A DNA stretch of 64,000 nt from Eledone cirrhosa (GCA_964016885.1 OZ024757.1:14942001-15006000); one strand, 5' to 3'. Shown: positions 1 to 11,760, counted from the stretch's first letter. Notes: generated from the letters alone by a model not told the origin. Numbers and translations are program-made.

Positions 1-3000
1 AGTGCCAGGCTAGCTAGATGACAGTTGGCTAGTGACAGGATAGCTAGATGACCGTTGGCTAGTGCCAGGCTAGCTAGTGCCAGGCTAGCTAGTGCCAGGC
101 TAGCTAGATGACTGTTGGCTAGTGCCAGGGTAGTTAGTGCCAGGCTAGCTAGATGACCGTTGGCTAGTGCCAGGCTAGCTAGATGACCGTTGGCTAGTGC
201 CAGGCTAGCTAGATGACCGTTGGCTAGTGCCAGGCTAGCTAGATGACCGTTGGCTAGTGCCAGGCTAGCTAGATGACCGTTGGCTAGTGCCAGGCTAGCT
301 AGATGACTGTTGGCTAGTGCCAGGGTAGCTAGTGCCAGGCTAGCTAGTGCCAGGCTAGCTAGATGACCGTTGGCTAGTGCCAGGCTAGCTAGATGACCGT
401 TGGCTAGTGCCAGGGTAGCTAGTGCCAGGCTAGCTAGATGACCGTTGGCTAGTGCCAGGCTAGCTAGATGACCGTTGGCTAGTGCCAGGGTAGCTAGTGC
501 CAGGCTAGCTAGATGACCGTTGGCTAGTGCCAGGCTAGCTAGATGACCGTTGGCTAGTGCCAGGCTAGCTAGATGACTGTTGGCTAGTGCCAGGGTAGCT
601 AGTGCCAGGCTAGCTAGTGCCAGGCTAGCTAGATGACCGTTGGCTAGTGCCAGGCTAGCTAGATGACCGTTGGCTAGTGCCAGGGTAGCTAGATGACCGT
701 TGGCTAGTGCCAGGCTAGCTAGATGACCGTTGGCTAGTGCCAGGCTAGCTAGATGACCGTTGGCTAGTGCCAGGCTAGCTAGATGACAGTTGGCTAGTGC
801 CAGGGTAGCTAGTGCCAGGCTAGCTAGATGACCGTTGGCTAGTGCCAGGCTAGCTAGATGACCGTTGGCTAGTGCCAGGCTAGCTAGTGCCAGGCTAGCT
901 AGATGACCGTTGGCTAGTGCCAGGCTAGCTAGATGACCGTTGGCTAGTGCCAGGGTAGCTAGTGCCAGGCTAGCTAGATGACCGTTGGCTAGTGCCAGGC
1001 TAGCTAGATGACCGTTGGCTAGTGCCAGGCTAGCTAGTGCCAGGCTAGCTAGATGACCGTTGGCTAGTGCCAGGCTAGCTAGATGACCGTTGGCTAGTGC
1101 CAGGGTAGCTAGTGCCAGGCTAGCTAGATGACCGTTGGCTAGTGCCAGGCTAGCTAGATGACCGTTGGCTAGTGCCAGGCTAGCTAGATGACCGTTGGCT
1201 AGTGCCAGGCTAGCTAGATGACAGTTGGCTAGTGCCAGGCTAGCTAGATGACCGTTGGCTAGTGCCAGGCTAGCTAGATGACCGTTGGCTAGTGCCAGGG
1301 TAGCTAGATGACAGTTGGCTAGTGCCAGGCTAGCTAGATGACCGTTGGCTAGTGCCAGGCTAGCTAGATGACCGTTGGCTAGTGCCAGGGTAGCTAGTGC
1401 CAGGCTAGCTAGATGACCGTTGGCTAGTGCCAGGCTAGCTAGATGACAGTTGGCTAGTGCCAGGCTAGCTAGATGACAGTTGGCTAGTGCCAGGCTAGCT
1501 AGATGACCGTTGGCTAGTGCCAGGCTAGCTAGATGACCGTTGGCTAGTGCCAGGCTAGCTAGATGACCGTTGGCTAGTGCCAGGGTAGCTAGTGCCAGGC
1601 TAGCTAGATGACCGTTGGCTAGTGCCAGGCTAGCTAGATGACCGTTGGCTAGTGCCAGGGTAGCTAGTGCCAGGCTAGCTAGATGACCGTTGGCTAGTGC
1701 CAGGCTAGCTAGATGACAGTTGGCTAGTGCCAGGCTAGCTAGATGACCGTTGGCTAGTGCCAGGCTAGCTAGATGACAGTTGGCTAGTGCCAGGCTAGCT
1801 AGATGACAGTTGGCTAGTGCCAGGGTAGCTAGATGACCGTTGGCTAGTGCCAGGCTAGCTAGATGACCGTTGGCTAGTGCCAGGCTAGCTAGATGACAGT
1901 TGGCTAGTGCCAGGGTAGCTAGATGACCGTTGGCTAGTGCCAGGCTAGCTAGATGACCGTTGGCTAGTGCCAGGCTAGCTAGATGACCGTTGGCTAGTGC
2001 CAGGCTAGCTAGATGACAGTTGGCTAGTGCCAGGCTAGCTAGTGCCAGGCTAGCTAGATGACCGTTGGCTAGTGCCAGGATAGCTAGATGACAGTTGGCT
2101 AGTGCCAGGCTAGCTAGATGACCGTTGGCTAGTGCCAGGCTAGCTAGATGACAGTTGGCTAGTGCCAGGCTAGCTAGTGCCAGGCTAGCTAGTTCCAGGC
2201 TAGCTAGATGACCGTTGGCTAGTGCCAGGATAGCTAGATGACCGTTGGCTAGTGCCAGGCTAGCTAGATGACAGTTGGCTAGTGCCAGGCTAGCTAGATG
2301 ACCGTTGGCTAGTGCCAGGGTAGCTAGATGACAGTTGGCTAGTGCCAGGCTAGCTAGATGACCGTTGGCTAGTGCCAGGGTAGCTAGATGACAGTTGGCT
2401 AGTGCCAGGCTAGCTAGATGACCGTTGGCTAGTGCCAGGGTAGCTAGATGACAGTTGGCTAGTGCCAGGCTAGCTAGATGACAGTTGGCTAGTGCCAGGC
2501 TAGCTAGATGACCGTTGGCTAGTGCCAGGATAGCTAGATGACAGTTGGCTAGTGCCAGGCTAGCTAGATGACCGTTGGCTAGTGCCAGGCTAGCTAGATG
2601 ACCGTTGGCTAGTGCCAGGCTAGCTAGATGACTGTTGGCTAGTGCCAGGCTAGCTAGTGCCAGGCTAGCTAGTGCCAGGCTAGCTAGATGACCGTTGGCT
2701 AGTGCCAGGATAGCTAGATGACCGTTGGCTAGTGCCAGGATAGCTAGATGACCGTTGGCTAGTGCCAGGATAGCTAGATGACCGTTGGCTAGTGCCAGGC
2801 TAGCTAGATGACTGTTGGCTAGTGCCAGGCTAGCTAGTGCCAGGCTAGCTAGATGACCGCTGGCTAGTGCCAGGATAGCTAGATGACCGTTGGCTAGTGC
2901 CAGGCTAGCTAGATGACCGTTGGCTAGTGCCAGGATAGCTAGATGACCGTTGGCTAGTGCCAGGCTAGCTAGTGCCAGGATAGCTAGATGACCGTTGGCT

Positions 3001-4402
3001 AGTGCCAGGATAGCTAGATGACCGTTGGCTAGTGCCAGGCTAGCTAGTGCCAGGCTAGCTAGATGACCGTTGGCTAGTGCCAGGATAGCTAGATGACCGT
3101 TGGCTAGTGCCAGGCTAGCTAGATGACCGTTGGCTAGTGCCAGGCTAGCTAGATGACCGTTGGCTAGTGCCAGGCTAGCTAGATGACCGTTGGCTAGTGC
3201 CAGGCTAGCTAGATGACCGTTGGCTAGTGCCAGGGTAGCTAGATGACCGTTGGCTAGTGCCAGGCTAGCTAGATGACCGTTGGCTAGTGCCAGGCTAGCT
3301 AGATGACCGTTGGCTAGTGCCAGGGTAGCTAGATGACCGTTGGCTAGTGCCAGGCTAGCTAGATGACCGTTGGCTAGTGCCAGGGTAGCTAGATGACCGT
3401 TGGCTAGTGCCAGGCTAGCTAGATGACCGTTGGCTAGTGCCAGGCTAGCTAGATGACCGTTGGCTAGTGCCAGGGTAGCTAGATGACCGTTGGCTAGTGC
3501 CAGGGTAGCTAGATGACCGTTGGCTAGTGCCAGGCTAGCTAGATGACCGTTGGCTAGTGCCAGGGTAGCTAGATGACCGTTGGCTAGTGCCAGGCTAGCT
3601 AGATGACCGTTGGCTAGTGCCAGGCTAGCTAGATGACCGTTGGCTAGTGCCAGGGTAGCTAGATGACCGTTGGCTAGTGCCAGGGTAGCTAGATGACCGT
3701 TGGCTAGTGCCAGGCTAGCTAGATGACCGTTGGCTAGTGCCAGGGTAGCTAGATGACCGTTGGCTAGTGCCAGGGTAGCTAGATGACCGTTGGCTAGTGC
3801 CAGGATAGCTAGATGACCGTTGGCTAGTGCCAGGCTAGCTAGATGACCGTTGGCTAGTGCCAGGGTAGCTAGATGACCGTTGGCTAGTGCCAGGCTAGCT
3901 AGATGACCGTTGGCTAGTGCCAGGGTAGCTAGATGACCGTTGGCTAGTGCCAGGATAGCTAGATGACCGTTGGCTAGTGCCAGGCTAGCTAGATGACCGT
4001 TGGCTAGTGCCAGGGTAGCTAGATGACCGTTGGCTAGTGCCAGGCTAGCTAGATGACCGTTGGCTAGTGCCAGGGTAGCTAGATGACCGTTGGCTAGTGC
4101 CAGGATAGCTAGATGACCGTTGGCTAGTGCCAGGCTAGCTAGATGACCGTTGGCTAGTGCCAGGGTAGCTAGATGACCGTTGGCTAGTGCCAGGGTAGCT
4201 AGATGACCGTTGGCTAGTGCCAGGCTAGCTAGATGACCGTTGGCTAGTGCCAGGCTAGCTAGATGACTGTTGGCTAGTGCCAGGCTAGCTAGATGACCGT
4301 TGGCTAGTGCCAGGCTAGCTAGATGACCGTTGGCTAGTGCCAGGGTAGCTAGATGACCGTTGGCTAGTGCCAGGATAGCTAGATGACCGTTGGCTAGTGC
4401 CA
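1..4402. repeat. Tandem minisatellite, 30-bp unit AGTGCCAGGCTAGCT-AGATGACCGTTGGCT made of two 15-bp subunits; runs off the window start
   Basis: Directly visible. Variants cagg(c/g/a)tagct and gac(c/a/t)gt occur, and extra copies of the first 15-mer are interspersed. No unique spacers. Confidence 0.98.
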
Positions 4403-4449
4403 GCCCATTTACACCGAGTTCTAAAGAATTTGTTCTGGAGTATTGTAAG

Positions 4450-4850
4450 CTCTCTCTCTCTCCTCTCACTCTATGCTCTCTCTCTACTACCTCCCCCTCA
4501 CTCTACTCTCTCTCTCCCCTCACTCTACGCTCTCTTTACTACCTCCCCCTCACTCTACTCTCTCTCTTCCCTCAGTCTATGCTCTCTCTCTACTGCCTCC
4601 CCCTCACTCTACTCTCTCCCCTCATGCTACTCTCTCTCTCTCCCCTCATGCTGTTCTTTCTCTCTCTCTCCCCTCACTCTACGCTCTCTCTCTACTACCC
4701 CCCCCCACTCTACTCTCTCCTCTCATGCTACTCTCTCTCTCCCCTCATGCTACTCTCTCTCTCCCCTCATGCTGCTCTTTCTCTCTCTCTCCCATCACTC
4801 TACTTTCTCTCTACTACCTCCCCCTCACTCTACTTACCCCCTCTCCCTCT
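4450..4850 (+). repeat. CT-rich low-complexity tract (CCCCTCACTCTACTCTCTC-like units) ending at a splice acceptor
   Basis: Pyrimidine-rich repeats end in ...ctctattccAG at 4857. Confidence 0.9.
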
Positions 4851-4857
4851 ATTCCAG

Positions 4858-4968
4858 GTACACAAGATTACAGTAATTTTCTGTCAATATTGGTCAACCT
4901 AAAATTCTGGCAAACTGTTGGAGAAGACAGAATATATTCCTACATGAGGTCCCTTACTAAACAAGCAG
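4858..4968 (+). CDS. Internal exon (phase 1-1) of a PLP-dependent aminotransferase class-V C-S lyase (hercynylcysteine sulfoxide lyase / L-cysteine desulfhydrase-like): (G)TQDYSNFLSILVNLKFWQTVGEDRIYSYMRSLTKQA
   Basis: Acceptor ttccAG and donor GTAAGA, 111 nt. The GTxDY motif is typical of the Egt2/LCD/CefD subfamily. Splices in frame with the three downstream exons. Confidence 0.88.
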
Positions 4969-5002
4969 GTAAGATCAACATGGTGGTTGAATAAGTAAGT
5001 TC

Positions 5003-5152
5003 AGTAAGGTGGTAGTATTGGTACCACGACAAAAAGCACCCAGTTCACCCAGTAAGGTGGTAGTATTGGTACCACGACAAAAAACACCCAGTTCACCCAG
5101 TAAGGTGGTAGTATTGGTACCACGACAAAAAACACCCAGTTCACCCAGTAAG
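5003..5152 (+). repeat. Three tandem copies of a 48-bp unit (intronic)
   Basis: AGTAAGGTGGTAGTATTGGTACCACGACAAAAAACACCCAGTTCACCC x3. The CACGACAAAAAACAC core resembles the RTE/SINE 3' region at ~5608. Confidence 0.9.
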
Positions 5153-5454
5153 GTTGGTGTCAATAAAATTAATCACCTCATTTACATAGACGCGAAAACC
5201 TTATATTCTCAATTGTTTTCAAGTCCAGCAGTCACAAGCGTGGGAGTGATTGTCCTAATGAGGACCAGTTAAATCTGAAATGCATCGACGATTGTCCCCC
5301 CTTGCTTCTGCTGGACATCACCAGGGGGCGTTAGCCCCAGCATTTTTTGCATAGCTACAGCTTTCTAAATGCTTGCCTGTAAACATACCATGTTTCTTTA
5401 GAAATAAGAAATTTGTATACATATCTATATACAGCTATGCCTGAAGCTAAATCC

Positions 5455-5957
5455 TAATTCTGTAAAAACCTACTACAGTCAGTAGGCATCTCTATCAAAA
5501 CACACCCCCGTCCCACCACCCTCCACCCCACCCACACCGCCCCTTTCAATGTAAAGTTATGTTGGTCCCACAACATCCAGGCCGAAACAAATGAGATCGT
5601 GTAGGTGTCACGACAAAAAACACACAGTCCACGCTGTAAATGTGGCCGTGTAGGCAACACGGTAAAAACCTCCCAGCCCCACACTGTAAATGTGGTTGGT
5701 GTTAGGAAGGGCATCCAGCTGTAGAAAACCCGCCAGACAGTCCACGCTGTAATGTGGCCGTGTAGGCAACACGGTAAAAACCTCCCAGCCCCACACTGTA
5801 AATGTGGTTGGTATTAGGAAGGGCATCCAACTGTAGAAAACCCGCCAGACAGTCCTATGCGAGCAAGACAACCACTCTTGCCTCAAGTGGGAAAACCCCC
5901 GTCCAAACCCATGCAAGCGTGGAACACGGACGCTAAACCTGATGATGATGATGATGA
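5455..5957 (+). mobile_element. RTE-type LINE 3' UTR fragment with (GAT)n tail and an internal ~120-bp tandem duplication
   Basis: Contains TTAGGAAGGGCATCCAGCTGTAGAAA and CCGTCCAAACCCATGCAAGCGTGGAA...(GAT)n. The same sequence follows an RTE C-terminal ORF at 7285-8060. Confidence 0.75.
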
Positions 5958-6378
5958 TATATATACAATGATATTAAATAAATGGAAACTATATTTATAA
6001 AACCATATTTATTCTATTATATATATTTCAAGGGTACCAAAATTTTGGTACGCTATCGTCAGATAAAATACGAAGTGTGTTTTATAAATTTTGACATAAC
6101 CAAGGAGAATATACCTTAACGGTTCAAGTTTTCCTTGTATATATATGTGTGTGTGTGCATAGAACAATAAAAAAAAACAGAAGGAGGTGTAGATAGATAG
6201 TTTGTTCATTGTTTTATGATCATTTCAGGGGGTTGATTGATCAATGGAGATCAATGTATCAAGTAGCATGGTAATAGTTAAGTTACTACCTATTTCTAGT
6301 CTTGAAATCCCTCTTCAATTGGCCATCTTGCTCAGAAACCTATATATATATATTTAAGTGTGTTTCTATGTTTTCCAG

Positions 6379-6435
6379 TTGAACTTCTCACAGAGAAATG
6401 GTCAACTTCTCCGGTTGTGCCACCTGATATGTTTG
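6379..6435 (+). CDS. Exon (phase 1-1) of the same lyase: (V)ELLTEKWSTSPVVPPDMF
   Basis: Acceptor ttttccAG and donor GTAAGT, 57 nt. Phase is compatible with both neighbouring exons. Confidence 0.88.
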
Positions 6436-6701
6436 GTAAGTGAAGATTCTTTAAAGATTCTACCTACTGCTTCTTTCTCCTTTCTTACCTCCCTTACTTA
6501 GGGTAACAGCAGCTGCTGCACCACCACCACCACCACCATCACATACAACCCTGCTCCGGGGGGAAGTGCCTAAAGATATATAAAACCTCAAGCAACTTAA
6601 GCATAAGGAGCCTGACCAAAATACCTGACCATATAAAAACAGTCTGTAAATTGAAAAATAGACCACTTCATTAGACTGAGATGGTCATTATTATTAGATG
6701 A

Positions 6702-6890
6702 GGGTGGTGGATTGGCAGTAGCGGTAGAGGGTCGGATGCCATGCTTTGCAGCAAAGAGTCACGGCCCTTTCTGGTCCAAGTTCAAATCCCGCTGAGGTTA
6801 ACTTTGCCTTTCACCCTTACGGGGTCGATAAAATAAAGTACAAGTAGTAAACTGGGGTAATTGCTGGCCTTGTGCCAAAAGAAGAAAACA
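6702..6890 (+). mobile_element. tRNA-derived SINE (MetaSINE-like central domain) with a 15-bp target-site duplication (TSD)
   Basis: A-box/B-box-like head (GTTCAAATCC), core GCCTTTCACCCTTACGGGGTCGATAAAATAAAGTAC, tail GGCCTTGTGCC...AACA(ATT)n. TSD ATTATTATTAGATGA at 6687-6701 and 6891-6905. Confidence 0.85.
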
Positions 6891-7284
6891 ATTATTATTA
6901 GATGAAATTCTTCGACTAGTCGTACAGTTTCTGAATCAGAGAATAGGTCAAACCATTCAATTGACCGATATGGTCATCATTACTAGAATCGATTCTTCTT
7001 CGGAGGAAATTCTGTTTAGTATAAGAAAAAAATACCTGTTAAGAGAGACTCTATTTCTGATCCATCCATCATAGTGTGATTAAATAAAATAATATTTACG
7101 CACGCAAGTGTGAACGAATAAACAAGAATATATTTATATAAATGGACAAAAAGACAGGACTAAAATACCTCTAGAAACAGCAGTCAATATGGTCATCTTA
7201 TCAGCTTAATGATCTCTTTTCATTGAGATGTTATTTTTATTCATGGCAAATTTTAATTGTGTATAATTAGATATATATATATAT

Positions 7285-8060
7285 CATCAGCATCATCACT
7301 GTTTAATGTCCATTATTCCATGCTGGCATGGGTTAGATGAGTTGTCCTGTTGTGAACAATGCTAGGTCATCATCATCATCATCATCGTTTAACATCCATC
7401 TTCCACGCTAGCATGGATTAGACGGTTTTGTTCCACTTGATGCGGGAATGGTCGGGAGACCATGTCTCGCTCGCACGGAAGCGTCTCTGGCAGGTTTTTT
7501 TTACAACTCGATGCCCTTCCTAACACCAACCACATTTACAGTGTGGACTGGGAGTCTTTTCACTGTGTCTCCTACATGGCCACCTTACAGTGTGGACTGT
7601 TCTGTCATCAACACAGTGGACAGAACGGGAGAGGTAGGATGGCGTAGGGTGTGGCGGTGGGGTGTACATTGGGTTAAGAGGTGCCTACTAACTGTAGGTT
7701 TGTATGCAATGGCAGTTGGGTCTTCTGTACAACTGCATGGCGCCAAAGATCTCGATCATGTGTCATTGACTTAGAGAGGTGTAGATGAGCAAGGTCAGTT
7801 TTTATCACCTCGTCCCAGATTTTTTTTGGTCTACCCACTCTGTAGCTTCCATCAATTTTCATTGCCCTGCACTTTTTTATACAGCTGTCATCCTTCATAT
7901 GCATCACATGTCCATACTAACGCAATCTCCTCTCCAGAACACAACATTCTTATGCTTAGTCTCTCTCTCAATTCATTTATGCTTTGCCTTTAGCGCACAT
8001 TACTATTACACATCCATCGGAGCATGCAAGTTTCATTTCTTTCTAATCTATGCAGGTCTT
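7285..8060 (-). mobile_element. 5'-truncated RTE-clade LINE (end of ORF plus 3' UTR and (GAT)n tail)
   Basis: Minus-strand peptide ...CIKKCRAMKIDGSYRVGRPKKIWDEVIKTDL... carries the RTE GRP..W motif. (CAT)n at the left end. Confidence 0.8.
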
Positions 8061-8083
8061 CAGCACGCAATGCCCAAGTCTCA

Positions 8084-8121
<38 letters not shown>

Positions 8122-8125
<4 letters not shown>

Positions 8126-8546
8126 TCATCACCGTTTTACGTCTGTTCTTCCACGCTAGCATGGGTTAGACGGGTTGTCCTATTGTTGGCAGTGTCCGGT
8201 CTTGCTCATACGGGAACTGATTCTGGCTTGATTTCTACAGCTGAATGCCCTTCCTAACACCAACCTCATTTACAATGAGTGCTGGGTGCTTTTTTTTTGC
8301 CATGGCACCTCCACGACCACTTTACAGTGTGGGCTGGGTGCTGTTTTACCGTGGCACCTCCACGACCACTTTGCAGTGGAATGATAGCGACACCAGTCCT
8401 ATCTTCTGATTTCTACAGCTGAATAAACTGGAGCAATGTGAAATAAAGTGTCTTGCTCAAGGAAACAACACATCACCCGGTTCGAGAATTGAACTCACAA
8501 CCTTTTGATTGAAAGCCCAATGCTCTAACCACTAAGCCATGCGCCT
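8122..8546 (-). mobile_element. tRNA-headed CORE-like SINE with RTE-type 3' tail
   Basis: Minus strand reads GGCGCATGGCTTAGTGGTTAGAG (A box), GAGTTCAATTC (B box), CCTTGAGCAAGACACTT (CORE-like), then the RTE tail and (GAT)n. Confidence 0.8.
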
Positions 8547-8778
8547 TATATATATATATACATATATTTCTACATATACTAACTAATAATTAATAATAAA
8601 ACTGAAATAAAAATCGAACAGTTCTTATGTTTTTATTAGCAATATTGGTAACATGCCCCCCCCCCTCCAATATAACAATATCTGTTTCAACACGATTTCA
8701 CATCAAGAATCTTGCAAAATGTATTTATTTATTTATATTTGTTTTTGTTTTTTGTTTTTGTAAAAAATGATTACATAG

Positions 8779-8900
8779 GTTCCATGGCCCTTGTTCCGCT
8801 ACCAGATTCTATACATCCTTCTCCACCCCCATCGACAAAAGTGGATGTGCCGTGTGCAAGATTGATCCAAAATGAACTCTTCCATAACTATGATATTGAG
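8779..8900 (+). CDS. Exon (phase 1-0) of the same lyase: (G)SMALVPLPDSIHPSPPPSTKVDVPCARLIQNELFHNYDIE
   Basis: Acceptor catAG after a T-rich tract and donor GTTTGT, 122 nt. Shows the family M-x-x-V-x-LP ... L-x-x-x-Y-x-IE pattern. Confidence 0.88.
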
Positions 8901-8924
8901 GTTTGTTTACTCATTTGTTACTAT

Positions 8925-8933
8925 ACTGAGTGT

Positions 8934-8976
<43 letters not shown>

Positions 8977-9255
8977 TGCACAATGTTTATACATACATAT
9001 ATACACACAATATGTTTATACATATATATATACATACATAGTATGTTTATATGTATACATACACTATGTTTATATATATATATACATACACAAAATGTTT
9101 ATATATATATACACGATATGCTTATACATATATATATATATATATATATACATGATATGTTTAAACATATATATATACATGATATGCTTATACATATATA
9201 TATATACATGATATGTTTATACATATATATATATATATATATACATGATATATTT

Positions 9256-9293
<38 letters not shown>

Positions 9294-9425
9294 GATATGT
9301 TTAAACATATATATATACATGATATGCTTATACATATATATATATACATGATATGTTTATACATATATATATATATATATATACATGATATGTTTATACA
9401 TATATATACACAATATGTTTATATA
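8925..9425. repeat. (TA)n-based compound microsatellite (TACATGATATGTTTATACA units)
   Basis: Directly visible. Confidence 0.9.
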
Positions 9426-9675
9426 TAAAATATGGTGGCGACCCTTAAAAGACAGAAAAAGAATCTGCCAATGACTGCTGAGGAATTGAACCCCATATCT
9501 TCCAGATAAAGTCTTTTTCCATCTTTTAAGGGTCTTCAACCTTTTTTATAAGCTATCTTTTTAGCATTTCTGTGCTTGAGCAGTTTGTGTATAATTACAT
9601 TTATACATATATTCTCAGTACTTCAAAAGCTAAAAATTCGGCTTCATACATTGTTTATATGTATGTATGTATATC

Positions 9676-10015
9676 GTCATCATCATCATCATCATTTTAC
9701 GTCCGCTTTTCCCTGCTTGCAAGGGTGGGACAGGAACTGATCCTGGCTTGATTTCTACAGCTGGATGCCCTTCCTAACACCAACCTCATTTACAGTGAGT
9801 GCTGGGTGCTTTTTTGCCGTGGCACCTCCACGACCACTTTACAGTGGGATGATAGGGACCCCATCCTCTACCATCTCATTTCTACAGCTGAGTAAACTGG
9901 AGCAATGTGAAATAAAGTGTCTTGCTCAAGGAAACAACACATCACCCGATCTGAGAATTGAACTCACAACCTTTCAATTGCAAGGCCAATGCTCTTACCA
10001 CTAAGTCATGTGCCT

Positions 10016-10017
<2 letters not shown>
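9676..10017 (-). mobile_element. Second copy of the CORE-like SINE with RTE-type tail
   Basis: Aligns by eye with 8122-8546. Confidence 0.8.
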
Positions 10018-10069
<52 letters not shown>

Positions 10070-10713
10070 AAACACTGGCACTATATCGGTTACAACAGCC
10101 TGGTTGTGAAATTAACCCAAATGTGGCTGAGCATTTCACAGATATGCTCCCCATTAACATAGTTCTCAGGGAGATTCAGTGTGACACAAGGCTGGCCTTT
10201 TGAATTACATATACAAATGATTTTGCCAGCTGAGTGGACTAAAGCAACATGAAAACATGTACTGCAGTCAATCATCATCATCATCATTTAACATCTACTT
10301 CCCCTGCTAGCAAGAGTTAAATGGGTCTACATAGACCTAGTCAGTACTGAAACAGGTTGAGGGGTCTATATCCCACTTACATATGGCCATATTGAGTGCA
10401 GAGGATAAGTTTTCATGACTTTTCACACAAACTGAAGTGTCCTTCCAACCCTTTGTTTGGCAAGCTTTGTATGGCTGGATGCCTTTCCTATCACCAACCA
10501 CATTACACTTTACAGCATGTACTGCAGGCTTTTACCATGTAGATCACCAGCACTAAATCCCTTCAGGGTATTGCCCCAGCATGGTCACATTCTTATGACT
10601 AAATAAAAGAATAAAAGGTTTTAGAAATAAAATGACCTACCTTACAAAAGGTGTATTTACCAATGAGCAGACAATTCTGGTAAATAAAAGAATAAGATGT
10701 TTTTCTTTTGTAG

Positions 10714-10854
10714 GTTCCAGTGAAGGCTTTAGAGGGTCGTCTTTATTTGAGAATATCTTGCCACATTTATAACGAACTCAGTGACTACAACAAACTGGCG
10801 GAGGCTATTTTGGAGATTGCTGCTGCCTGGAAGAAAAAGGAACAGCTGGAATAA
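10714..10854 (+). CDS. Terminal coding exon of the same lyase: VPVKALEGRLYLRISCHIYNELSDYNKLAEAILEIAAAWKKKEQLE*
   Basis: Acceptor ttttcttttgtAG. Carries the R-I-S-x-x-I-Y-N-x-x-x-D C-terminal signature of class-V PLP enzymes. TAA stop at 10852-10854. Confidence 0.9.
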   Translation, partial: VPVKALEGRLYLRISCHIYNELSDYNKLAEAILEIAAAWKKKEQLE

Positions 10855-11013
10855 TTAGAGAGTGGAGGAGAGATATACATGGATGCATATACACAAGATG
10901 CATATACACAAGATGCATATACACAAGATGCATATACACAAGCACATAAACACATACACAAGCACATATATATATATACATATATATATACACATACACT
11001 CACACATATATAT

Positions 11014-11509
11014 GAATAATAATAATAATTGTTTCTACTTTAGGCACAAGGCCAGCAGTTATCCAGCATTACTGGTACTTTATTTTATCGACCCCGTAAG
11101 GATGAAAGGCAAAGTTAACCTCGGTGGGATTTGAACTCAGAACCCAAAGGGACGTAACTATGCTGGGAAGCATGGCATCCGACCCTCTACCGATACTGCC
11201 AATCCGCCGCCTTATAATATTAATAATAATAATAATAATAGTTTCTTATATAGGCACAGGGCCAGCAATTTGGGGAGAGGGGAAAGTCAATTAAATTGCC
11301 CCCAGTGCATTACTGGCGCTTTATTTTATGAACCCCGTAAGGTTGAAAGGCAAAGCTAATCTTGGCAGAACATAAAGGGCTATAACTATATGCCACAAAG
11401 CATAGTGTATGACGCTCTACCGATACTGTCAATCCACCGCCCTAATAATAATAATGGTTTCATTTATTGACCACAAGGGCCGCCATAATAATAATAATAA
11501 TAATAATAA
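11014..11509 (-). mobile_element. Head-to-tail cluster: two Meta-like SINEs plus a ~30-bp Tx1 3'-end stub, joined by (AAT)n tracts
   Basis: SINE bodies at ~11028-11212 and ~11240-11442. The stub at ~11455-11483 reads CGGCCCTTGTGGTCAATAAATGAAACC(ATT)n on the minus strand and matches 46057-46090. Confidence 0.82.
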
Positions 11510-11574
11510 ACAAAAAATCTGATGCAATTTGAGCTTGTAAACATTTTTCTATAACAACCTAACATATCTTAATG

Positions 11575-11760
11575 GCAGGGAATTGGCAGTATCGGTAGAG
11601 TATTGAACACCATGCTTTCGAGCATAGTTACGTCCCTTTGCAATCTGAGTTCAAATCTTGCCGAGGTCAACTGTGCCTTTCATCCTTACGGAGTCGATAA
11701 AATAAAGTACCAGTAATGCACTGGGTAATTGCTGGCCTTGTGCCACAAGTAGAAACAATT
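11575..11760 (+). mobile_element. Meta-like SINE with a 12-bp TSD (ATATCTTAATGG)
   Basis: Same head, core and tail as 6702-6890, with flanking direct repeats. Confidence 0.82.

Noticed and set aside
4404-4444. Possible extra lyase exon ending at the donor-like ATT|GTAAGC (4445)
   Set aside because: Splicing it would replace the conserved Gly of GTxDY with Cys, and the peptide does not match the expected EFxWxG context. The upstream exon is probably outside the window.
4390-4902. Three overlapping L/S/P-rich ORFs
   Set aside because: They come from a CT-rich low-complexity tract. Only 4858-4968 is a credible exon.
5003-5152. CRISPR-like appearance of the 48-bp repeats and the 30-bp array
   Set aside because: There are no unique spacers and no cas genes, and the context is eukaryotic.
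8470-8546. tRNA gene-like sequence; also at ~9945-10017, 6702-6795 and 21380-21445
   Set aside because: The first three are A/B-box heads attached to SINE bodies, and none forms a complete cloverleaf.
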